This document shows, one piece after another, positions 53,641 to 64,000 of a stretch of DNA of 64,000 bases. The notes beneath the pieces are model-generated. The model was not told the DNA's origin. It saw only the letters and a program-made list of their open reading frames with translations, and did no database searches. The stretch covers positions 496,001 through 560,000 of the forward strand of contig NW_026781951.1 of the NCBI RefSeq assembly GCF_031769215.1, written 5' to 3'. Made by a program: the position numbers and the translations under genes. This stretch comes from Ylistrum balloti (Eukaryota). Every line of letters begins with the position of its first letter. Positions within the stretch are counted from its first letter, which is position 1.

Positions 53641-54900
53641 TAACTCATATTATAGTTACTTCTATACTCACTACACATATCAACTCATATTATACATACT
53701 TCTATACTCACTATACATGTTAACTCATATGTTAGTTACTTCTATACTCACTACACATATTAACTCATATTATATATACTTCTATACTCACTATACATAT
53801 TAACTCCTATATAAGTTACCTCTATACTCGCTATATATACTAACTCATATTATAGATACTTCTATACTCACTATACATATTAACTCATATGTTAGTTACT
53901 TCTAAACTCACTATATATACTAACTCCTATATAAGTTACCTCTATACTCACTATATATACTAACTTATATTATAGATACTTCTATACTCACTATACATAT
54001 TAACTCATATGTTAGTTACTTCTATACTCACTATATATACTAACTCATATGTTAGTTACTTATATATATACTCACTATATATACTAACTCATATGTTAGT
54101 TACTTCTATACTCACTATATATACTAACTCATATATTAGTTACTTCTATACTCACTATATATACTAACTCATATTATAGATACTTCTATACTCACTATAC
54201 ATATTAACTCATATGTTAGTTACTTCTAAACTCACTATATATACTAACTCCTATATAAGTTACCTCTATACTCACTATATATACTAACTCATATTATAAA
54301 TACTTCTATACTCACTATACATATACTCATATGTTAGTTACTTCTATACTCACTATATATACTAACTATATATTAGTTACTTCTATACTCACTATATATA
54401 CTAACTCATATGTTAGATACTTCTTTATTCACTATATATATTAACTCATATATTAGTTACTTCTATACTCACTATACATATTAACTCATATTATGTATAC
54501 TCTATACTCACTATACATATTAACTCATATGTTAGTTACTTCTATACTCACTATATATACTAACTCATATGTTAGATACTTCTATACTCACTATATATAC
54601 TAATCATATTATAGATACTCCTATACTCACTATACATATTAACTCATATGTTAGTTACTTCTATACTCACTATATATACTAACTTATATGTTAGTTACTT
54701 CTATACTCACTATATATACTAACTCATATGTTAGTTACTTCTATACTCACTATATATACTAACTCATATGTTAGTTACTTCTATACTCACTATACATATT
54801 AACTCATATGATAGTTACTTCTATACTCACTATATATACTAACTCATATGATAGATACTTCTACACATTAACTCATATTATAGTTACTCATACTCACTAA
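53641..54900. repeat. 40-bp AT-rich minisatellite (TAACTCATATGTTAGTTACTTCTATACTCACTATATATAC), ~31 copies
   Basis: Exact 40-nt period from 53641 to ~54060, then small indels. Confidence 0.95.
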
Positions 54901-55198
54901 ATATGTTTACTCGGATTATAGGTACTTCTGACATATCCTACAATTTTTCGTTCAATATTCTAGAATTTTCAATCGACTTCAGCTTTTATAAAACAAGGGA
55001 GTATCATTTAACAAATGAAGAATGATATTAAGATCATTTTTCGTTATTTAATATTTTGATTAAAGAGTATTGCTTTGGAGATTGATTTTATATTGGACGC
55101 GCCATTTGATAGAGGTTTTGAAGCGTACTAATGGGGATTTGTATTGCTGTGGTGATATAGAAGCTATGTCAATGTACACGAATGATACATGTGATGTA

Positions 55199-55236
55199 GC
55201 ATCACTACCGAGACCGCGGAAACAACATTATGATGT
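55199..55236 (+). ncRNA. Solitary degenerate hammerhead-like monomer related to the 45-bp array (probably inactive)
   Basis: GCATCA-CTACCGA-GACCGCG-GAAAC-AACA-TTA-TGATGT, in register with the 45-bp unit and preceded by TGATGTA. Confidence 0.4.
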
Positions 55237-55412
55237 AGTTTTTCACTATTTTGCTATATAAAACTGGTGTTCACCCAGGTGTATTTTGTTCATCCTTAAA
55301 GAACGCGTTGGAAAATGTTGTGGCAAAGATACGTATTAGAATAATTAATAAAATTGGTGTACACTACGTGTTACTGTATGACGTCATAAAAACATTTTTC
55401 TTTTGCAGTGGT

Positions 55413-58400
55413 ATGGAATGTAGTACGGCTGCACTCATCACTTCAGCTCATTTTATAGCTGCCTGCTATATATTTCTCTGTCTGTTTGCCTTAGGTGAGT
55501 TTTTCGATAAAACAGTATTCAATTGTAGTTTTGTAGTATCAAATAAAATAATGATTAATCTCCTACTTAATAATGACATGTTGATACAGGGAAACCAAAC
55601 ATTGTGTCCTCACATGTATTGAATAAATAAATACCAAAAGTGGTTTTCATCTAAGCAAATTTGTGAGTTCCTTTGTTGTTTAAAATACACCTGTTATTGA
55701 ACAAGGGAATTAAGAGGGTAGACATCAATTTTAGTCATTGTTGCCTTGTGTCTACGTAACCTCAGGTAACTATCCAAAGGACCATTGTTCGACACTTCTA
55801 TCACTATAACTTTCTGTTTCTCAGGAAACAGGAAAACGGTTTGGTCTGTGATCTTGTGCTTGTGTCCATAGGCACAACAGTTTTCCCTAACTTACTCCAG
55901 TGGGCATGCGACAGGTTTTACGTTCATTGTTCAGTGAGGTTGTCACCAGCTATTATTCGGAGAAACCTCTACAGAATGACACGGCCGTTATCGTGGCATT
56001 AAAATACCAAAAACGCAAACATTTTTAAAACTATAATTCATATTTAATTGCATTTATTTTGTTTTACAATTTAAATCCATTCAAAGAAAAACGGTCATGC
56101 AGACACTGTACTGTGTTTATGCAAATATTTATGTCAAAGTCTGTTAGTTGTGACAATAAACAATCAAACTAAAAACCTTATATATGTTAGGGCGTATAGT
56201 GTGACATGATGCGCTACTCATTGTTCTCTAGATGGCATCATCTACACCACTTGAAGTGTATATTATGTTATGGATTTTTTTATTTTTCAAAATTGTCAAT
56301 TGTCGCTAAAGTAGATTTTTTTCAGTACAACATAGAAGCAAATCTATCGGATACAAGATATATCACAGTGTTGATGAAATGAGAAACCTTTTTTTCAATG
56401 ATGGTGTAAAATAAATAGTTGCGATCAATCAAAGCAGTGAATTCTTTTCTCTGCATTGAAATTCGCCGATTTTCCTGCTCAGACATAAATGAAGCGAAGG
56501 TTGAATAAGATGGTTTTCCGTCAAATCCTTGTTAATTACGAGCTTTCTCTAATTTGATATAAAATACAGTTTTGCAATCAATTCTTAGCAGATAACAATT
56601 AAAAATAGTAGAACACCACGTTACGAAGCCTAATTAATTCAAAACAATATGTTCCCTACTTTGTAGATTTATTGGAACTTAATATCAATAAATAGTACTG
56701 ATACCAATAAGGCACAATAACATCCATAAAAACGTGCAAAGAAAATAAAATCAGGTGTTCAAGAAGGGAAATGGTCTTCCGCTATGCACATGGATGTTGA
56801 TCAATCGTAGTAAGTAATATCGCGTTCTAAAATGAAAACAACAAAATTGTAACTAAAAGAAATATTAAAGAGCACAAACAGGTCCAGTTTTATATCAACC
56901 AAAGAAACTGAATATTTCCCTGTGTTGGGTACCTGTTATCAACATTTTCCAGGAAAATCATGATACGTCTATTGGTCTTTGGTTACCGAATCAAGGGTGA
57001 AGATATTCAGGAAAATTTCCCGTAAATGTTGTATTGTTGTCAAGAACATTTGAAGGAAAACGATTATCGCTTTTTGAATATCAACTCTCCCATTATATCC
57101 AATAAGAAAAAGAAATACGAGAAATTGTAATATGAGAAACCTTCATTCTGCTCAATGGTGAACCAATCGTGCGAAGTATGGTCCCTGCTTAGGAGCGTAC
57201 AAATATTGATGTAAAATTTCCCTAGATAATCATTATGGAAAAAATTGTTTTCCGACTTTCCACAATCTCACGAACATATGTTCCATTTCTTTCACTTATG
57301 TTTGATTTTTTTTTTTTAAAAAAAACTCGAAACAAGACATCTTCAATGAAAACCAAACGTTAATGTATTACTGGAATATATATGATTAATATCTAACAAT
57401 AAAAAAAACAAACATTTTATTCATATTTCATGTAACCTAAGTAGAAATGTACCTGTTGTGATGTTTTCTAACATCAGGGACTTGTTATTGTTTTTGTTGA
57501 CAGGAACCTGTACAAATGATTGTCCACATGATGAACAAGTAAACAATACACCTAAGTACCTCACATCTTACGGATATCCAAACATGTATAAACGGTAAGT
57601 TATTAAAATTTTGCATACATTCTTATATACAACAAGCAGTACAGGAAAAAATGCTAAAGCATAAATTGATATTTTAAGATACGCTCTGTAGAGTGTCTGA
57701 TACATTATAATGTGTTTTTTCACAATGCTAATATTTGATTTTCGACCTATTACAGTCTCAGATGGTTATCTCCAGTCCTAAAACACCCCACTAAAATATA
57801 TGCATAAAATGTATAATTATAAAATATAGATACATGACGTGTTAACTGTATGTATTTTCACATATGCACATCTCGTGTATTAGTTCTAACTTTTATATGT
57901 TACAATATAAACAAAAACACCTGGAAACATAGCTGATGGTAATCAACTTAAGGCCTATATGTACACAATGAGATTTCAGGCCAATGATACAACATATTCT
58001 GAATCATCAAATCCTGGATAAGAGTAAAGAACGAATGAAGTACGAATATAACAAGAACATTTTTTTTTATTTCATTACATAACTGCATTTTTTTCTTGAT
58101 TGACCGATTCTAAATCATCTTACCTTGCTCATGCATTATTACAATCCTAAAAAGCACCTCCGGATTAATAAACCATTCCAACCTCATTAATCAATAGCTT
58201 CTAAAAAACAAAAACAAAATACCAGCACGAGAAACTTATCAGAATTGCTTAATCGATTTTAATGATCTGTATAATGAATACAGTCATGTTATGTTGTTAG
58301 GTATCAATTCAATTTTGCTGAATTTTAGTAAATAACAAATTATCGGTCAAAAAAAAATAATACTGCTTCAGTTCTATCCAGTATATTCACTAACAGGAAC

Positions 58401-61400
58401 TTTCGTAATTTGAAAATGTTATGTAAATATCATATTATCAATCCTGTGGTATATAAATACGATGATTTATTAATCACCGAAAGTGATAGTTCCATTACAT
58501 TTAGATTTAGGAAGTATCACTCTGTCCGGTCGATAAAACATTCCGGATATTGACATGAAAACATGTTTTCGAAAGTTGTATAATACGTCGTGCAGTAAAT
58601 ATATTTATCGTGTTTTCGTCGAATTGTAAATGATGTGAAATAAAGACAATGTTGTGTTGTGAAGAGAAGATATTATCATTGTAATGTAATCGTAACCTTC
58701 AGTACATGTAATTTGATAAACATGTGTAAGTATATAAAGATATACATTTTATTTCTGTTAAGTGCTACTTAATGCTAATAATTTATCAGTGAACTGAATT
58801 GATAGGTAAATCAATGTTTTGTATGGTTTTCTGTATCGTTGTTTGAATCATACTCTATGATGATCAACATTGTTATTATGCCAAGAAACCAAGACCATAT
58901 AATCAAGAAATGTAAACATATAAGAATTTGTGACGTATCATTTACTTCTGTCAAACCCTAAAAGAACATGTAATAGAATGAATTGTATTAACTTTAGAGT
59001 TTATCGAAATAAATCTAATTTACAGAAATAAAGACTGTTATTGGAGGTTGACTTCGACGAATCCAAACAAAAAGGTTAAGATACAAATACTGGATATTGA
59101 TATTGAATACGACCAGTTATGCGAGTTCGATTATCTGGAAATATATGATGGTAAGTATAATTTTGTATAATGGAACATATTAATTTATCCACTTAAGCAA
59201 AATGATGGTATCATGTCAGTATTTTTATATGTTCATCAAGAAATAAAAGGACAATACCAATATGTCAACATAATTCGTCTCATATACATTTACACCAAAA
59301 AGGCAATAATCTGCGTATATATTTTAACATAAATCCTCTAGAATACAGAGTGAGATAACCGCTAGCGAGATTAGGAGTCACAAACTCTGAAAAAACTGTA
59401 ACCATGAAATCAATGGTCATTCAACATGTATAAAGGAATAATACAAAAGCAAGGAATGACAATTTTCAATACATAAGAAAAATATACAATAGAGGTAAAA
59501 TTACAACATACAAGATTTTTTCCAATAATTTATTATCTCATTTATTCATTCCTTCATTAGAAATGAATGTTATACATCCACGTTGTACATAAACTTAAAT
59601 AGGGGATTTACATAGTACATTGTTACCAGAAAGGATACACAGTTAATATGAAGTCAACTAATTGTCTTCCATTCGGATTGGCTTTATGCCAACTGTATGG
59701 TAATAGTTAATTACTTATATATCCATCGTCAAATATATATTGAAAAAAAAGCAAATACCAGGAATGCGTCGTTTAAATTCCCGGCTTAAAAAAAGCTGAC
59801 GCCAGCAAGTTCAAATCCGAAAATAGTATACTTCATTTTTGTCATCATCAATAGCAATTGTATGAAATGATAAAGTCACAAATTAAATCAAATTGATTAT
59901 AATTAATAATATAAAAGTGTAAAATACAATTATTTAATTGTTTCATTTTTTAAATAAAAGCAATTTACGGCTTTTAGAATAAAAAAAACCACGAACATTA
60001 TACATGGAAGTTGATCCTGTCAGTATGTGACGACATTTTGTTTGAAACGGATTCTGCATGTGTAATTTGGATTGTACTGACTGTAGCAGACAGAGTTGAC
60101 AAATTTGGTAGTGAAGTACATTTGTATGCTATGGTAATAAAAATATTTTTTGGCAATATAACATGTCTGACAATGAACTTGTTTTGTTATAAGTTGATTG
60201 CTCTGTAAAGTTACTAACATTTCTGAAGATCTTACGTAGAAAAAGAAATTGTCTTGTTTTGTTTACCTCTAGAGACATCTAAATTTCAAACACCGACCGA
60301 ATCAATGTAAATGTAGTCTACCGTTTTATATCCTACAATTTGGCGTAGTGACTATTTATAGGCGAATACAACACAGTATGTAAATATTACATTTATATCT
60401 ACCAGGACTACTTCTTGGTGGACGTCTCACCTTGGCGTCTGGATGAGAATTTATACGCTGAGCCAAAAGGCGGATTTCATAGCCTGATATACTCCCATCT
60501 GATTTACACTAAACGATAAACTGGTGTTAGAATGGAATTAAACTTACATATCTTAAATTGGTAAAATAATCATTATCTGTAAATAAAATGCACTACACGT
60601 TTTGCTTGCCAGGTTACAATGACAGGAGCCCATCCTTTGGAAAGTTCTGCGGGAAAGAAACCTTCACGATTGTCAGTTCTGGAATGTACTTATATTTCTA
60701 TTTTCATACGGATGATGAAATTAATGGAGAAGGGTTCAAATTTAAATACAAGACAGTAGATTTTAGTACAGTCAGTAGCAGCTATCCACCCCCTCTGGAT
60801 AAAGATGAAAAGGATAGACGTAAGTGTATAAACATTCTGTTTTACCTATGTAGCATACGTCCTTATTAATATTGTTTTCTTGTCTTGTTTATTTCTTTGT
60901 GTTTCTCTTCTTATGGTTCTTTTGCCGTTCCAGGAAGTAAGCTACTTACATATACGTACATAACAGGAGGATAATGTCTGTGCTTCCTGTTAGATAAAAA
61001 AACTATTGCAAATATTCGGCAAAGAGAGAAACACATACAAATAATATTCTATTCGTGGCTTGTATAATGTATATGTTATAAGGATATTTTATTTACAAAA
61101 CATGAAACCAAAACTTCAAAATAAATATTCTATTTATAAAAGGCATGATGATACCGATGTCTCAAAACTGATAATCCACAGACGGATAAATTGCATGTAA
61201 TATTCCTATAGCGTACTTACATTTACATCAAACAAGCAGTTCTTTATAAAATGGAGTTTTAACGTTCAATGTCTCTTTCTATTTAAGCTTTGGACCCAGG
61301 CAATGAAAAAGCATTTGGCGGTGCTAAACTCTCAACGTTAGTGGGCGGATTGCTAGGAGGTTTGTGTTTATTAGTAGTCGTTACAGCTGTCTGCTGTATG

Positions 61401-61811
61401 TGTTCTACGAGGATTTGTCGACGATGTCGTCTTAGAAACAATGGACGTCAACGAACGTCGGTATCCCCTCATTCTAGTGTGGTAGAGATTCCCCAACGCA
61501 ATCGGCCACGTCGATCGTCGCCACCTACGATATCACAATACAATACCAGACGTGCTAATAATAATATATGGAGTACAGAACAGAACTTTCCAATGGTGCC
61601 TATTAATCCACCTCCGTATAGTGAAACAGAGAATCAGCCAGTGTACTTAGTTCACGGAGTTCCTGGATACAATTCATACTTCCCTCCGTCCTCACCGCCT
61701 CCTACATATTCTTGTGGGCTAAGTTCGGATTCTAATCCCCCAGCATATGATGATGATAGAAATTCGCCGCCTAACTACGTTCCGGATGAGGAAAATCCAC
61801 CACGTTACTAA
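55413..61811 (+). CDS. Single-CUB type I membrane protein with Pro-rich PPxY tail (exons 55413-55494, 57504-57594, 59026-59150, 60613-60819, 61288-61811; 342 aa)
   Basis: Signal-peptide exon MECSTAALITSAHFIAACYIFLCLFALG. CUB motifs LTSYGYPNMY, DCYWRL, CEFDYLEIYDG and GKFCG...YFHTDDEINGEGFKFKY. TM LVGGLLGGLCLLVVVTAVCCMC. All junctions GT-AG and phase-compatible; 1029 nt. Confidence 0.88.
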
Positions 61812-64000
61812 TCATTTTCTAGTTGTCTCTCTGTTGCTCAAACAATCGTCGTTATACACAAAACAATGCCGGCTGGTTTCCTTATTGGCGTTAAGACTTT
61901 GTAACACATGTATAAAAATGTAGAGATCAGGTTATACGGATAAATAGTTAACTTTTATAATTTTGTTGATATTTATTTGGATATTTTTATATTGTACAAT
62001 ATGTTATTTTTTACTGTGATATGTTTTGTATCAATCTAAATCTATTTATAACTGCTCTATAGAAGAACGAGCACGTTTATTCATATCAAGGCCCAGCATT
62101 TACTTGAAACTCATATATGACTGATCGGGATATCAATCAGGATGTCATTATTTAAGGAACAAGTATGCACCTACCTTTTGCTACATTTATATATAATTTT
62201 ATCATATTATTATATCTTGTCATATCGATCACATGATAAATAGTATTTAGTACTCAGATGACACAATACCAAGCATTGTAGAAAACATGATAATAGCGAA
62301 AATAAGAAACGAGTTAAGATATTACTCCTTACTGATTAAAGTTGAGTGATTGATTATTGCACTTAAACAATTTAGAATGGTACCACTGTCAGAAGAGGAA
62401 AATGTTATGAGTTTTCTTGTTCAAAACGACCTGGTTTTGAAAGAATTGAAGTAATTTCCAAAGGAAAAATTGTGTACATATATTAGTATGTTACTATGTT
62501 TTTGTGTAATTTTATATAATTATATTGCTTACATATAACATATTTTATAAATGAATGAGGTATCTATTTTAAAGTCGCTATGTCCGTATACCTTTATGTA
62601 AATGGCATCAGCAGCAGAATAATGCAAATATCTGATTTTATAATTGTAATATGGCTTTCATCTATTTATGATCATAAAAATACATATATAACAATGTATT
62701 TCGGTAAAATGAATTAGAATGACTGGTAGTTGCAAACTTTTACTCCAGTTGTATCAAGTATTCAATTCAAAATATAAATCAATGATGGCGGACGACATAT
62801 CAAAATTTTTGAGTTTGATCATTTGGAAGTATAAAAGTATAAACCATTTATCAATAGAATGTCTTAATAAATGTTGGACATGCCGGATTTGTGTTACGTT
62901 AAAATTGAAGCAAGTTGACGACAAATTCCCGCCAAAAAGAAACAAGTAATGTTTCCACAATTGCAATTCATTCCAGATCTGCCTTATAATGCAGTGGAAT
63001 ATATAATAAATTAAGAATGATTAATGAGCATTAGCCAAAAGAATATCAAATCAAGTAATGCCGATGATAATGATCATGTACAGCGAACTTTAATTTCTAT
63101 GTAAATTTCCTGTTTGTATATAAGTAATTTTACAATTAACGTCATCTTTGGATTTTTATATCATTTTTTATTTTTGTATATGAATTGACTTGTAGTGCAT
63201 GATTTCTGTTCTAACTGTATTTTACATGATTGGAGTTACACTTTTTGACTGTGATATCTGTTTTCAGTATACATTATTAACTGCTGGGCGGTAATCTTGA
63301 AAGTATTATTGTGCATATTTGTACAATTTCCTACATACAGGTATTGAAATTATGCATCAAATGTTTTAAAAATAATTTCTACCTGGCAAATTCTTGATAT
63401 AATAAATGTCAAGATTATTACACGGAAATGTTTTGTTTTGCTTTACATGTGATAATTACACATTGACTGCCAACACATTGAGTGATTACAAATGATCATA
63501 CATGTGCGACAAACAAGTAAACCTCTGGTTGGGATTGATGAAAATATTTTACACCAGAAATATGTAAAATTTAGTGTCCCGTTGTATTTTCTTAACAGAA
63601 AATTACCTCAGTAATATCTTCCTATTATTCCAAACTCATTGCGTTCCAAGTTCCAAAGTGAATGTAGATGACCTAACAACTACTCGTTCTTTGACCTGTT
63701 CTAGTTTAATTGTTCCAGCTGAGCACATATCTACTGGTACTACGAAACTTTTTCATGTAAGACCAAAAACACCGTGACATCTTGTCCATTTATTGGAATG
63801 TGTATTTCGACATCTGGATTCAGAGGGAAAACTGTTTTAGAGAGTGAATGAAGTGGTGCTTTAGATGTATTTTCTGGGGTATTATATGTATTATAGGTCA
63901 ATTATCAGTCTGAAATTGACGAGAAAAAAAGCCTTACATTTCTTAATACTAATGTTAAATCTGCATTTCACTGTTACACTGATAGAAAGGTTGGAAATAG

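Overview
AT-rich, intron-rich animal genomic DNA, most consistent with a bivalve mollusc (inferred from gene families and repeat types), with two N gaps. Six spliced or intact protein genes are reconstructed with in-phase GT-AG junctions, plus a seventh cut by the window edge. They are: the 5' two coding exons of a bacterial-type (Tmm/mFMO-like) flavin monooxygenase on the minus strand; three tandem Golgi-type carbohydrate-sulfotransferase (CHST-like) paralogues; a RING + 6xNHL protein with no B-box or coiled coil; an apolipoprotein-L-like ORF; and a CUB-TM protein with five PPxY motifs. Also present are a degenerate B-box/TRIM-like remnant, Tc1, L2/CR1 and L1/Tx1 fossils, tRNA-derived SINE heads and about a dozen unrelated minisatellites. 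Top observations: (1) two intron-1 minisatellites (63 bp in CHST-A, 45 bp in CHST-C) have monomers that map onto minimal type-I hammerhead ribozymes, sense to the host gene and just upstream of the exon-2 acceptor, with a dispersed relative at 55.2 kb; activity is untested and the cores are partly degenerate. (2) All three sulfotransferases replace the conserved R-S-G-S-S PAPS-binding loop with L-G-G-G-T-S/T. (3) Two stretches interleave a minisatellite with downstream unique sequence and are probably consensus/polishing chimeras.
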